From: Anaerotignum faecicola | Lineage (GTDB): Bacteria > Bacillota > Clostridia > Lachnospirales > Anaerotignaceae | Length of the DNA stretch: 64,000 bases | Assembly: GCA_024460105.1 (NCBI GenBank) | Contig: JANFXS010000001.1 | Location: 151,895 to 215,894 of the forward strand | Direction of reading: 5' to 3' | Part shown: one piece after another, positions 50,253-60,963 of the stretch | How the letters are laid out: every line of letters begins with the position of its first letter | Position numbering within the stretch: position 1 is the stretch's first letter | Translations under genes and position numbers: made by a program | Notes under the pieces: generated by a model | The model's database searches: none | The model's input: the letters and a program-made list of their open reading frames with translations, nothing else | What the model was told of the DNA's origin: nothing

Positions 50253-51569
50253 TTGTCTGATAATTTATTTTTATTTGAAAACATCTTAAACGCTATCGGA
50301 TATTACATATGCGTTTACGACAAATACGGCTGTATAAAATACTGTAATAAAGCCTTTAAAAACGCATATCTGCATGGATCCGACACATTTTCAGGCAAAC
50401 ACTTTTCTAAAATAAAAAGCCGCGAATATCAAAATATTACGGGAATTCCAAATATACTTATAACACATTCAAAATCATCTGTTCAAAAAAAAGTTGAAAA
50501 CAACGGCACATTTTATATTGATACGTCGCCGTGCTTTAACAATGACGGCAGTATCGATTACATAGTTGAAACCATTGCTTCTCCATTCAAAGCTCCTGTA
50601 CTCCCTTTAAAAGAAGATGTGCCTAATACGCCTGCAACAGATATATTCCTCGGAGATGTAAAAATGAAAGGCATACTTGAAACAATAAACAGGATTTCAA
50701 AATTTGATTCCACCATACTTATCACAGGTGAATCTGGAACCGGAAAAAGCATGCTTGCAAACTTCATACATTCAAAAAGCAAACGATGCAACATGCCTTT
50801 TGTGACGATAAACTGTGCCGCAATACCAGAAAACCTTATTGAATCCGAGCTTTTTGGATATGTCCCCGGCGCTTTTACCGGCGCAAGCCCAAAGGGCAAA
50901 AAAGGCCTTGTCGAAATAGCTGACAAAGGGACGCTTTTTTTGGATGAAGTAGGACTTCTTCCACAAAACTGCCAAGCAAAGTTTCTTCAGCTTATCCAGG
51001 AAAAAATATATACGCCCATAGGTGCGGTAAAACCAAAAACAACCGACATACGCATTATATCCGCAACTAATTTAAATTTAAAAAAGGAAATCTCTGAAAA
51101 TAAATTCCGCGAAGATTTATATTACCGTTTAAGAGTAATAGAATTCTACATGCCTCCTTTAAGCGAACGTCCCGACGCAATAGATCCGCTTATCGATTAT
51201 TTTTTATGTCAATACAACAGAATGTATAGTATAAACAAGTCTCTTTCACCAAAAGCCCGGGAAATACTCCACAGCTATACATACAAAGGCAATATCCGTG
51301 AGCTGCAGTATATAATTGAACGGCTTATAGTAACATCCGCTGAAAACCAGATAATGGCGTCGGATATGCCAAACCTCGCTGAAACCGAACCGACGCCGCA
51401 AAACAATTCTATAGAAAATATGGACTTTGAAACTGCAGTCGAAAACTATGAAAAAGAAATACTGTTAAAATATTTTGCTAAATATAAAAGCACCTATAAA
51501 ATAGCTGCCGCCCTCGGCATAACCCAATCAAAGGTATCAAGGCTTATGAGAAAATACCAAATAAACTAA
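50253..51569 (+). CDS. Sigma-54-dependent transcriptional activator (sensor domain, AAA+ domain, HTH), divergent from the dipeptidase/transporter genes
   Basis: 438 aa. GESGTGKS Walker A, GAFTGA, ESELFGY, and a C-terminal Fis-like HTH. Confidence 0.85.
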   Translation: MSDNLFLFENILNAIGYYICVYDKYGCIKYCNKAFKNAYLHGSDTFSGKHFSKIKSREYQNITGIPNILITHSKSSVQKKVENNGTFYIDTSPCFNNDGSIDYIVETIASPFKAPVLPLKEDVPNTPATDIFLGDVKMKGILETINRISKFDSTILITGESGTGKSMLANFIHSKSKRCNMPFVTINCAAIPENLIESELFGYVPGAFTGASPKGKKGLVEIADKGTLFLDEVGLLPQNCQAKFLQLIQEKIYTPIGAVKPKTTDIRIISATNLNLKKEISENKFREDLYYRLRVIEFYMPPLSERPDAIDPLIDYFLCQYNRMYSINKSLSPKAREILHSYTYKGNIRELQYIIERLIVTSAENQIMASDMPNLAETEPTPQNNSIENMDFETAVENYEKEILLKYFAKYKSTYKIAAALGITQSKVSRLMRKYQIN

Positions 51570-51753
51570 GCCTTTTCAGGCGTTTTATAAATAGAACTGC
51601 GGAGCTCAATAAAAGCCCCGCATTTTTGTTTGCCGCCATAATCCTAAAATCTGTTTTTATGTTATTCCCACTATGAAATCAGAAATTAAAATCATTATCT
51701 CCGATGAACCGTATTTTCAATTTATATATAGCCTTTTCTGCAATCCGCTTAAA

Positions 51754-53859
51754 TTAATTCCGCCTTTTAAACTTAAATGCCGTAACAAGCCCTGACATTA
51801 AAACTACAGCCGATACTAAAATCAATATTATTGCCGCCTTATCATTTTGTCCGTCCTGCATATCCAGTTCGGGAATATTTCCGGTTACATTTAAAGATGT
51901 TCTGTTCTTTGGTTTTATATCTGAAGCCGCATTTCCCCAGTTTCCGTTCTGCATGTTAAATTTGTCCGCCACACTATTCCCATCTCCGCCGCCCGTCTGC
52001 ATATTGCCGTCTATTGAAACCGTTTGTTCTGCCTGTATTCCGCCGTCAACCGCATCATATTCTCTTTTATTAAAATAGTTATTTTCCGTAGAATTTTCCG
52101 TTTTGTTTTCCGAATTTTCAAAATCAGGATTGTTTTTCCAAAATGGATTAAAATTTTGTTCTTTTACGTTTTCAGGGTTCCCTATTCCCGCTCCCATGGA
52201 CCCCATGGCCGAAATGTCAATATCATAAGATCCGATAAACGGATCGTTTTCATTTTCGCTCCCCTCTTGTACAGACGGTATACTTCCGTCAAGCTGTCCC
52301 CTAATGCTTTGCGCCCTCGCAATGGAAAATTCTTTGAGGACATTGAACCCTTTTTCAAATTCATCATATGTGCAGAATTTTGTAGGATCTTTTTGTACAT
52401 AGGGCGAAATCATGCTGTACACAGAATCCATCATTTCTTCAAAATAACCGCTTTCAAAATATCCCGATATAAATTCATCAAAATAACTGTGATACGTCTG
52501 CGTATACCGTTCATCTGCAAATATCCATGCAAGCATCGGACGCGACTCCACAGTACCGCCAAAAACAGGCGTATCAATAGGATAATTTATAAGGCTTTCC
52601 GCGTCAATAGACGACTGAAACCCTCCGAACGCAAGATTATAGTCCCAAGGTATCATAGAAAGTTTTCCGTCTTTCTCATATAAATAGTAATTATGGATTA
52701 TGGAACCTGTATAGCTGTCAAAATTACATACAAAATTATGAACGACAAAATATCTGATAACTTCATCGACGTCAACCACATTTTCAATATCTGTATTTTC
52801 ATTAAGCAGTTTAATGGAGTTTATAAGGCGTTTTTTGTCTGCATCATCAATATCTGTTTTTGCATTGTCAAATATGTTGCCGTAACTTTCAAACTCATCG
52901 TTTGTGTATATAAGGGAAACGTCGTCCCCTCCCATTACGCCGCGGTTTTCATGGAAAGGCGCGCCGTTTTCCCCCTCACTGTCCGTTTCTGAAAATCCGT
53001 GCTCAAAGCCTTCTTCCACCGCGGCGACGCTTTTGTCCTCCGCTGTTTCCCCCTTTTCATTAGGAATATCTATTTCTTCCGTTACGGTATCAGCCGTTTC
53101 TGCCCGCTGTCCGCTCGGCCCGTCAATATTGCCGCTTTCTTCATGCGACGGCATTTCTGCCTTCATCAAGTTTTCAAAGTTGTGCTGCGCTTTATCTTTA
53201 AATCCGTCTTTATTTCTTTCAGGGCCGCCGCCTATATTTGTGCTGTCAGGTTTATAAATCTCGCCGTAATCACTTCCGTAATTGCGTTCAAGGAAACTTT
53301 CTTCAACTCCTTCAACTGCAATATAAAGCCCCCATTCCTCTCCGTTGACAGTTATATATACAAAACTGCAAAGCGGAGCGTCAACCCCAAAATATCCCAT
53401 CATTTGGTATGTAAGGTAATCCTTCATATAAGTATTGTCCTGAATTACATTATTGAGCACCAGTTTATCGAGTCCGTGGTAAGTTTTCGTATCGTCATAG
53501 TGGTCGAACTCAATTTTAAAGCTGTATCTGTTATTGCCGTATGCCGCAACCTGCATTAACGAGGTGTTTCCCTTAGCCCTTATAGCTGCATTTTTGTAAG
53601 ACTCGCCGTCAATTACAATGGCACATTCCGCATATTCTTCATTTTCACACGTTTCAATGAAACTTTCCCAGTCGTCCATAACAATATCCAGCGTGTGTAC
53701 ATATGAATCGTTAAATATCCTGTCCTCATAACCCATTTTGCCGGCGGACGTTTCTATTCCAAACTTTTCACCGTTAATAAAAACAGCGGTTAAAGCAATT
53801 ACTGCGGCAATGGCAATACAGCATACTTTGTCAATATACTTGTGTGTAGACATCCGCAT
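51754..53859 (-). CDS. CotH-family protein (atypical kinase fold) with an N-terminal signal/TM and a C-terminal TM anchor
   Basis: 701 aa. CotH core (YHGLDKLVLNNVIQDNTYMKDYLTYQMMGYFGVDAPLCSFVYITVNGEEWGLYIAVEGVEESFLE), a long low-complexity region, and a terminal TM helix. Confidence 0.75.
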   Translation of the reverse strand: MRMSTHKYIDKVCCIAIAAVIALTAVFINGEKFGIETSAGKMGYEDRIFNDSYVHTLDIVMDDWESFIETCENEEYAECAIVIDGESYKNAAIRAKGNTSLMQVAAYGNNRYSFKIEFDHYDDTKTYHGLDKLVLNNVIQDNTYMKDYLTYQMMGYFGVDAPLCSFVYITVNGEEWGLYIAVEGVEESFLERNYGSDYGEIYKPDSTNIGGGPERNKDGFKDKAQHNFENLMKAEMPSHEESGNIDGPSGQRAETADTVTEEIDIPNEKGETAEDKSVAAVEEGFEHGFSETDSEGENGAPFHENRGVMGGDDVSLIYTNDEFESYGNIFDNAKTDIDDADKKRLINSIKLLNENTDIENVVDVDEVIRYFVVHNFVCNFDSYTGSIIHNYYLYEKDGKLSMIPWDYNLAFGGFQSSIDAESLINYPIDTPVFGGTVESRPMLAWIFADERYTQTYHSYFDEFISGYFESGYFEEMMDSVYSMISPYVQKDPTKFCTYDEFEKGFNVLKEFSIARAQSIRGQLDGSIPSVQEGSENENDPFIGSYDIDISAMGSMGAGIGNPENVKEQNFNPFWKNNPDFENSENKTENSTENNYFNKREYDAVDGGIQAEQTVSIDGNMQTGGGDGNSVADKFNMQNGNWGNAASDIKPKNRTSLNVTGNIPELDMQDGQNDKAAIILILVSAVVLMSGLVTAFKFKRRN

Positions 53860-53865
53860 GCCCCC

Positions 53866-54561
53866 TTATCCCATATAATCGCCGTTATAGCTTACAAGCA
53901 CCGCGCTGTTTACCCCCTCCAATTCAGAAACGGCATTAATAAAATCCGTGCCGCCGTCTTTCAGCCTTATTTCAAGGTTAAGTTCTACAGAACCTTTTTG
54001 GACGGTCTTGCTTTTAACAACGCATCTTTGCACCATGCCTTCAAGAAATTCCATTACGGCTTTTTCGCTTTGACTGCCACAGCAGTTTATGACAATTATA
54101 TATGGGTTTAAATATGATTTTTTGTTGCTGAATATAAGAAGGATAAGCCCTATAACAACGCTTCCTATTACGGCAAGAGGAATCATCCCCGCTGCAAGCA
54201 CAATGCCTACCGCTATCGACCAAAAAAGGAAAGCTATATCAAGCGGTTCTTTAATAGCCGTACGGAAACGCACAATAGAAAGCGCGCCTACCATACCTAG
54301 AGAAAGCACTACATTGCTTGTTACCGCCAGTATTACAACCGTTGTTATCATAGTAATGGCAACGAGCGTGACTCCGAAGCTTGAAGAATACATTACGCCT
54401 GTAAATGTTTTTTTGTAAACCATAAATATAAAAAGCCCAAGTCCAAACGCAAGCGTTAATGCCAAAGCCATATCAAATACGCTTATACTCGCAACATTTT
54501 CAAGAAAGCTTGATTTAAATATATCATTAAAAGTCATATTAATCCTCCTTAATACTATCAT
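53866..54561 (-). CDS. DUF4956-like integral membrane protein
   Basis: 231 aa, multiple TM helices. Sits between the VTC gene and CotH, which is the reported CotH neighbourhood. Confidence 0.55.
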   Translation of the reverse strand: MIVLRRINMTFNDIFKSSFLENVASISVFDMALALTLAFGLGLFIFMVYKKTFTGVMYSSSFGVTLVAITMITTVVILAVTSNVVLSLGMVGALSIVRFRTAIKEPLDIAFLFWSIAVGIVLAAGMIPLAVIGSVVIGLILLIFSNKKSYLNPYIIVINCCGSQSEKAVMEFLEGMVQRCVVKSKTVQKGSVELNLEIRLKDGGTDFINAVSELEGVNSAVLVSYNGDYMG

Positions 54562-55229
54562 CCATATATACGGCAGGCGGCATATTTTGAAAACGCTGTT
54601 GTCCGGCGGCCGTCAAGCTGTATTATATCTTTTATTACAGACGGAAGAAACTCATCCCATTTTACTTCAAGTATTATATATTCCCTTCCTGCGGGAACAG
54701 TTACGCAATCCGGATTCAGAAAATCCGTACATCCAAGCCCTGTCCTTATGCTGTAATCTATAGTAACCCTAACATTGCCGGGAGAATATACAAATGCTTC
54801 CCGCGTATAATCGACTATTGTCTTTGGACGCAGGCCCTGACTTTTCATTTTGCAGTAAAGTTCTTCAACCGTCCCTCTCCCGCTTTCAATCATCCAGTCT
54901 GTTATCCCATCTACTATAAGCTGAGCTTCCTTTTTTGAAATCACGGCTTTATCCTTTTTGCCAAGCCCGTTGATTTTACTCTTCTTTTCAAGATGTATAA
55001 ACGAAGTGTCGTCGTTATAATACCTTATGCGGAATTTTTCACGCCTGTTAACGCCGTCTATTTTCTCTCTCAAAGCTTTATCCGAAGGGCTGTCAAAATA
55101 AAGGCTTCTGATTTTATACCGGCCGTCAACGGAGTTTCCGTCCGTTTTTGCCACCGCCCTGAGCCTTTGGCGTACCGCTATCATATCGCATATATTTATT
55201 TCATGTTTCCATTCATGCCTAAAATCCAT
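54558..55229 (-). CDS. VTC-domain (CYTH-like, polyphosphate-polymerase-type) protein
   Basis: 223 aa. Pattern of charged beta-strand residues (HEWKHEI..., RIRYYND..., E.K...) consistent with a VTC/CYTH domain. Overlaps the next gene by 4 nt. Confidence 0.6.
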   Translation of the reverse strand: MDFRHEWKHEINICDMIAVRQRLRAVAKTDGNSVDGRYKIRSLYFDSPSDKALREKIDGVNRREKFRIRYYNDDTSFIHLEKKSKINGLGKKDKAVISKKEAQLIVDGITDWMIESGRGTVEELYCKMKSQGLRPKTIVDYTREAFVYSPGNVRVTIDYSIRTGLGCTDFLNPDCVTVPAGREYIILEVKWDEFLPSVIKDIIQLDGRRTTAFSKYAACRIYG

Positions 55230-55349
55230 ATGGCATCAGTCCTTTTCTTTAATTTTACTTATATTTTACACCCCCAACCTTAACCGTAACTTAGAAAAAA
55301 ATACCCGCGCCGAACAAAAGCGCAGGTATTGTGTTAACAATTTGTTAAT

Positions 55350-56579
55350 TCAGATTCTTACTTTAAAAGAAATTTCATTTCCTTTCCTATATTCGGCAGT
55401 AATTTCTCCTTTTTGAATTTCAACTATAGCCGCCGCAACCGAAAGTCCGACGCCATATCCGCCGTTTTTCTGGGTTCTCGCGCTGTCGCCCCTGTAAAAA
55501 CGGTCAAAAAGTTTTTCCGGACGCCCTTCCGGCAAAAAACTGCATGTATTTTTAATACAAAATTCGGCCCCGCTGTCATTCCTTTTAAGCTCAATGTCTA
55601 TACGCCCACCCTTATCCGTATATTTGGCGGCATTATCAAGAAGTATCGAAATCAACTGTATTATATTTTCCTTATTCGCGTATACGGCCACATCCTGTTC
55701 TATATCGGCTTTAATTTCCGTGTCGTTAAGCTCCGCAAGCTCATAAAAAGGTTCCAGCATTTCGGCAAATAACCCGCTTAAAGAAAATCTCTCCCGCGGG
55801 AAGCCGCCGCCTTCGTCCATTTTTGCAAGTGTAAGCAGGTTTTTCATAAGTCTGTCAAGCCTTTCTGTTTGAGATCTTATATTCCTGCTCCATTTATTCC
55901 CGCCGTTGTGCAGTTCCATAGCGTCGACATTAGCCATTATGATGGCAAGCGGGGTTTTTATTTCATGTCCGGCATTTGTAACAAACTGTTTTTGTTTTTC
56001 AATATTTGCGGCTATTGGGAATATCGCTTTTTTTGAAAGCGCCGCTACAAGAAGAAGCATAAGCGTCCAACATAAGATACCCACTGAAACGGAAATAACC
56101 ATTACGATAAATATAGAGTACAGCTGTGATGAAGTATCAAGGAACACTGACATAATCTCACCGCTTACATTTTCTGTCACCTTATATTTAAATCTGCCTT
56201 TGCTCCCGCTTTTCCTTCCACCGCTCAATATTTCATCTGCAATTTCTTCCGCTTCCGCCGGCGTTACCGATGAAATACGGCTTACGTCAGTTTTTATTAT
56301 ATTTCCGTCGGAGTCTGAAAAAACAATAAAATACCTTGCCGACATGGCGTCGTCTTTGTCAATAGGCGGAGCAAAAAAATTCGGTTTCCTGCCTTCGCCG
56401 GGGTTTATTTTCGGAGGAAACATTCCCATGTTTTCCGTAAGGGCCAAAATCATTCCGTCGCTTTGCTTGTCCGTTATATAATAGTTTGCAGCGTTGATTG
56501 CCCCGACTAATACAATCAGAAGTATTGACACTGCCGACATTGCAGTTATTATAAACTTTTTTTGCAGGGTTTTTATCAT
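55350..56579 (-). CDS. Sensor histidine kinase
   Basis: 409 aa. Two TM helices, H-box HEIKTPLAII, and N, G1 and G2 boxes. Confidence 0.85.
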   Translation of the reverse strand: MIKTLQKKFIITAMSAVSILLIVLVGAINAANYYITDKQSDGMILALTENMGMFPPKINPGEGRKPNFFAPPIDKDDAMSARYFIVFSDSDGNIIKTDVSRISSVTPAEAEEIADEILSGGRKSGSKGRFKYKVTENVSGEIMSVFLDTSSQLYSIFIVMVISVSVGILCWTLMLLLVAALSKKAIFPIAANIEKQKQFVTNAGHEIKTPLAIIMANVDAMELHNGGNKWSRNIRSQTERLDRLMKNLLTLAKMDEGGGFPRERFSLSGLFAEMLEPFYELAELNDTEIKADIEQDVAVYANKENIIQLISILLDNAAKYTDKGGRIDIELKRNDSGAEFCIKNTCSFLPEGRPEKLFDRFYRGDSARTQKNGGYGVGLSVAAAIVEIQKGEITAEYRKGNEISFKVRI

Positions 56580-57250
56580 ACCGCGGCCTCCAAAGTATAA
56601 CCTATATTCCGTTTGGCTTTAATCTCAACCTTCCGGCTTAGCGACGATAATTTTTTCCTTAAATACGATATATAAACCCAAACAACCCCTATTTCCGCAT
56701 CCGTATCATATCCCCAAACTTTGGCAAGCAGATCTTCAGATGAAAGGTACCTTCCCTGATTCAGCATTAATATCTCCATAAGCCTGTATTCAAGATTTGG
56801 CAGCACATATGATTTTCCGCCGCCGCTTAATTCGTAACTGTGAAGGTTAAGGGATACATCGCCGCATGTGAGTATATCCGGCGTAAATTCTTCACGACGA
56901 CGCAGCATAGCTCTTACCCTTGCCAAAAATTCTCCCATTGCAAATGGTTTCGGCAGATAATCGTCGGCGCCGAGATCAAGGCCATATATCCTGTCCTCAA
57001 TTTCGCTTTTTGCCGTTAAAAGTAATACCGGCGTATATATACCGTCTTTTCTGAGCTGCTTTAATACCTCAAGCCCGTCTTTTTTCGGCATCATAATATC
57101 CAGTATAATTCCATCGTAATGCTCCGCACGAGCGTATTGCAAAGCCTCTTCCCCGTCATAAACGGCGTCAACCGTATATTTATGATACTCAAGTATATCC
57201 ACAACCGCCTCTGACATAGCCTGTTCGTCTTCCGCAAATAACAGTTTCAT
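56576..57250 (-). CDS. OmpR-family response regulator
   Basis: 224 aa. Receiver domain (DD..D...K) and a winged-helix output domain. Confidence 0.9.
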   Translation of the reverse strand: MKLLFAEDEQAMSEAVVDILEYHKYTVDAVYDGEEALQYARAEHYDGIILDIMMPKKDGLEVLKQLRKDGIYTPVLLLTAKSEIEDRIYGLDLGADDYLPKPFAMGEFLARVRAMLRRREEFTPDILTCGDVSLNLHSYELSGGGKSYVLPNLEYRLMEILMLNQGRYLSSEDLLAKVWGYDTDAEIGVVWVYISYLRKKLSSLSRKVEIKAKRNIGYTLEAAV

Positions 57251-57334
57251 ATCAAATCACCCTTTTATATTATATCACGCAAACCTTAGCAAAAACTTAG
57301 AATATATAAAAAATTCCGTTAGTTTCGGTTTTCA

Positions 57335-57600
57335 ATGGCACACAAGCCCAGCAAGGAAAAATTTTCCGCATTTCCATGTTGCATACGCTTGCCGAATGAG
57401 CCGATACGCCGGCGCGTATGCGTTTCCAACCGCAAAAATTTTTTCTTTGTGAGGCCGGAGAGTTTTAATGGGCGTTAGCGACTTAAGAACAATGCGAAAG
57501 CGCGCTAGGCGCAGAAAATTAGCAGGGGCTTTAACGCAGATATTTCGCCGCCAACGCCCGTTAAAACCGCATATGCTATTGTAAACCGAAGCTAAACTCA
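57335..57600. repeat. Copy 2 of the roughly 270 nt GC-rich dispersed repeat
   Basis: Block-wise near-identity to 28986-29255 with a divergent central core. Lies between a minus-strand terminator (57598-57640) and the start of the response-regulator gene. Confidence 0.7.
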
Positions 57601-57640
57601 TATAAAAAAGCCCTTGTATTTAACAAAGGCTTAGTATGTA
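57598..57640 (-). terminator. Rho-independent terminator of the P1-peptidase gene
   Basis: Minus strand reads GCCTTTGTTAAATACAAGGGC followed by TTTTTTAT. Confidence 0.6.
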
Positions 57641-57771
57641 CTGCTTATGTATTTTTTCAATCTTTTTCCGCGCATATCCGTAAACATTTATTTCGGCTTT
57701 TTTACCAGCCAAAGCTAGATATGCATACTGTAATAAAATACTTTAATGCCGCCATTCATAATAATTATCCG

Positions 57772-58890
57772 TTATTCAGGCTGTGAAGGAGTTCTGCCTT
57801 CTTCCCTCAATGTTGCGGCTCCGTCAACGCCTGCAAGCGATTCCGCATTATATCCGGCGCTGTAAATCGCATTTTCCATTGCATTAACCGCAAGCACGCC
57901 TATTAAGTTCATATTTGTTGTAACTTCGCCCCATGTTGAAGCCGACGACTCAACATTTCCTACGGACATTGCAAATATCGTGTCGCCGTCCGATACCGTA
58001 TGAGTCGGCTCTATTGCTCTTGCATAGCCGTCATGGGCCATTTCTGCAAGCTTATTTGCCTCAGACTGCGTAAGTTTGGCGTTTGTCACAATAAGCCCGA
58101 TTGTAGTGTTCTCTGCCGATGAAGGCATCTCATAGCGGTCGCTCATTGTCCATTCTTCCAAGTCTATGAAAGAATTCGTTTCAGGATCAACCTTTCCCGC
58201 TACAATCTCACCTGTATCCGGGTTAATAATTTGGCCGGCAGGATTTGCAACAACTATTGCTCCTACATATAAATCGCCGTACTTATATGCATACGAACCG
58301 AGCCCGCCCTTCATATCTCCTGCACCGGCTCCTGTTCCTCCGCCGATATTGCCGTCGCTCCATTCAAGGCCGGCAAAAGCATTCTGCGCCGCTTTATATC
58401 CTTCTTCAACTCCCGGACGTACCATGTCCTTTCCGAGAGCGGCGTCTTCACCCATTGCAAGATCAAATATTACTGCCGTTGAAACTATAGGCACAACCGT
58501 AACTCCTACGTCTACGCCCATCCCTTTCTCTTCAAGATACTTCATAACCCCGCCGGCAGCGTCAAGTCCAAATGCGCTTCCCCCTGTTAGGCAAACTGCA
58601 TTTACTGTCTGCACAGTTTTTGTAGGGTCGAGAAGATCTGTTTCACGCGTTCCAGGCGAACCTCCCCTTACGTCAACTCCGCCGATTGCCCCGTCCGGGT
58701 TTTCGGCGATTATTACCGTTGTACCCGTAGCATTTTCAAGATCCGTATAGTGCCCGACCTTAATACCCGGAACTTCCGAAAAAGGTACTGGCTGCGCCCC
58801 TGTCGCCGGGCTTATTTCACCTGCAAAAACAGTTGAAAATGCCGAAACAGATAAAACCGAAACCAATGCTGCACATAAAAACTTCTTCAT
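57772..58890 (-). CDS. Secreted P1/S58-family (DmpA-like) aminopeptidase
   Basis: 372 aa. Signal peptide, then the DmpA/OAT fold (GVRVGH-like GIKVGHYTD, TNA..., autoproteolytic GGTG/S site context). Confidence 0.7.
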   Translation of the reverse strand: MKKFLCAALVSVLSVSAFSTVFAGEISPATGAQPVPFSEVPGIKVGHYTDLENATGTTVIIAENPDGAIGGVDVRGGSPGTRETDLLDPTKTVQTVNAVCLTGGSAFGLDAAGGVMKYLEEKGMGVDVGVTVVPIVSTAVIFDLAMGEDAALGKDMVRPGVEEGYKAAQNAFAGLEWSDGNIGGGTGAGAGDMKGGLGSYAYKYGDLYVGAIVVANPAGQIINPDTGEIVAGKVDPETNSFIDLEEWTMSDRYEMPSSAENTTIGLIVTNAKLTQSEANKLAEMAHDGYARAIEPTHTVSDGDTIFAMSVGNVESSASTWGEVTTNMNLIGVLAVNAMENAIYSAGYNAESLAGVDGAATLREEGRTPSQPE

Positions 58891-59335
58891 AATTAATTCC
58901 TCCCTTTTTTATATGTTTCAGACTGCAAAATGCAGTCGGCAAGACAATCATTCCTTCTTCCAACCATTTTCATAAGCGCATAAAATTTGTGTAATATTCA
59001 GCCTCCATTCCCAAAAAACGACAAAACAATATAAAATATGCGTAATAAAACACCATATATTAGTGTAAATATATACTTTTTATATGATATAAAACTTGTT
59101 TATATTATATCATCGGTATAAAATAAGTCAAACAAAAAGTAAAAAATTTAAAATAAATTTTGCTTTACGATTAAGGTTTGCGGCCGCCATAGGAGATATG
59201 CATTTTTAAGCGGAGATATTGTAAAAAAAGGGCTGTTATGATATTATAAAAACAAGTTCTAACAACAGATTAGTAAGCTCTAATCTGCTGAAATGTTGAT
59301 AGTTAAGTTTATATTAAAAATTTGGAGGAACAACA

Positions 59336-60877
59336 ATGAAAAACGAATTAGTTATTGTTCTTGATTTTGGCGGTCAATATAACCAGCTGATTGCAAGGCG
59401 CGTCAGGGAATGTAAAGTATATTGCGAAGTCAAATCTTATAAAACGCCTTTGGATGAAATAAAAAAACTCGGCCCCAAAGGAATTATATTTACAGGAGGT
59501 CCTAACAGCGTATATGACGAAAAGTCCCCGCATATTGCAAAAGAAATCTTCGAAATGGGCATACCTATTCTCGGCATATGCTACGGATGCCAACTTATGG
59601 CATACACATTAGGCGGAAGCGTTGAAGATGCAAGCGAAAAAAGCGAATATGGAAAAACCGGCGTTATAATCTCGGATTGTGAAAGCAAACTTTTCGACGG
59701 CATTGAAACAGACCAGATCTGTTGGATGAGCCACACTGATTATATAAACAAAGTGCCGGACGGTTTTAAAATAACAGCGTCAACCCCTACATGCCCGGTT
59801 GCGGCTATGGAATGTGAAGAAAAAAATTTCTATGCAGTCCAGTTTCATCCTGAAGTCAATCACACGCCCAACGGCAAAAAAATGCTTTATAACTTCCTTT
59901 ATAATGTTTGCCGCTGCAAAGGCGACTGGGTTATGACGCGCTATATAGATGAACAAATCAAGTCTATAAGGGAAAAAGTGGGTTCCGGTAAAGTTCTCTG
60001 CGCTCTCTCCGGAGGCGTCGATTCTTCCGTTGTTGCCGCTTTAGTAAGCAAGGCTGTCGGAAGACAGCTTACATGCGTTTTTGTTGATAACGGGTTAATG
60101 AGAAAAGATGAAGGCGACGAAGTTGAAGCGGCTTTTAAAGGCGTATTTGACAGTAACTTTGTCCGTGCAAACGCACAGCAGAGATTCCTGGACAAACTTA
60201 AAGGCGTAAGCGAACCTGAAAGGAAAAGAAAAATTATAGGTGAAGAATTCATTCGCGTATTTGAAGATGAAGCTAAAAAAATCGGCAAAGTAAGTTTCCT
60301 TGTACAAGGCACAATATACCCTGACGTTATCGAAAGCGGTCTTGGCGACAGCGCCGTAATAAAAAGTCATCACAATGTAGGCGGCCTTCCCGATGTAGTA
60401 GATTTCGACGAACTTATAGAACCGCTCAGGATGCTTTTTAAAGACGAAGTTAGACAAATGGGCCTTGAACTTGGGCTTCCCGACTCCCTTGTATGGCGTC
60501 AGCCCTTCCCCGGTCCCGGACTCGGAATAAGGGTTATAGGCGAAGTTACCGAAGAAAAGCTTTCTATACTTCGCGAAGCCGACGCTATCTTCCGCGAGGA
60601 AATAAGGATAGCCGGGCTTGACAGGGATATAAACCAATATTTTGCAGTTATTACAGACATGCGTTCCGTAGGAGTTATGGGCGATGGAAGGACATACGAT
60701 TATACGCTTGCCCTAAGAGGAGTAACAACCACAGATTTTATGACGGCAGACTGGGCACGAATACCCTATGAAGTACTAGATAAAGTAAGCGTCAGGATCG
60801 TTAATGAAGTAAAACATATTAACAGGGTTGTGTATGATATAACTTCAAAACCGCCTGCTACGATTGAGTGGGAATAA
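59336..60877 (+). CDS. guaA: GMP synthase (glutamine-hydrolysing)
   Basis: 513 aa. GATase-1 (GICYGCQ), N-type ATP-PPase SGGVDSSV P-loop, and a GMP-synthase C-terminal dimerisation domain. GGAGG RBS. Confidence 0.95.
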   Translation: MKNELVIVLDFGGQYNQLIARRVRECKVYCEVKSYKTPLDEIKKLGPKGIIFTGGPNSVYDEKSPHIAKEIFEMGIPILGICYGCQLMAYTLGGSVEDASEKSEYGKTGVIISDCESKLFDGIETDQICWMSHTDYINKVPDGFKITASTPTCPVAAMECEEKNFYAVQFHPEVNHTPNGKKMLYNFLYNVCRCKGDWVMTRYIDEQIKSIREKVGSGKVLCALSGGVDSSVVAALVSKAVGRQLTCVFVDNGLMRKDEGDEVEAAFKGVFDSNFVRANAQQRFLDKLKGVSEPERKRKIIGEEFIRVFEDEAKKIGKVSFLVQGTIYPDVIESGLGDSAVIKSHHNVGGLPDVVDFDELIEPLRMLFKDEVRQMGLELGLPDSLVWRQPFPGPGLGIRVIGEVTEEKLSILREADAIFREEIRIAGLDRDINQYFAVITDMRSVGVMGDGRTYDYTLALRGVTTTDFMTADWARIPYEVLDKVSVRIVNEVKHINRVVYDITSKPPATIEWE

Positions 60878-60963
60878 TTTCAGAGGCCCGAAAAAGCCCG
60901 GAATGACTGGGTTTTCTAAGGTTTGATGCCCTCTGTGGCAACGAAATGGCAACATTTTTTCAT

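Noticed and set aside
59100-59335. Possible purine/guanine riboswitch upstream of guaA
   Set aside because: I could not find the conserved purine-aptamer elements (UAUA...GGGA...CUACC...CCGUAA...GACUAUG context). The leader holds only a perfect 8-bp hairpin (CAGATTAG-taagct-CTAATCTG, 59266-59287) with no adjacent U-tract, so its function is unclear. An Rfam scan would settle it.
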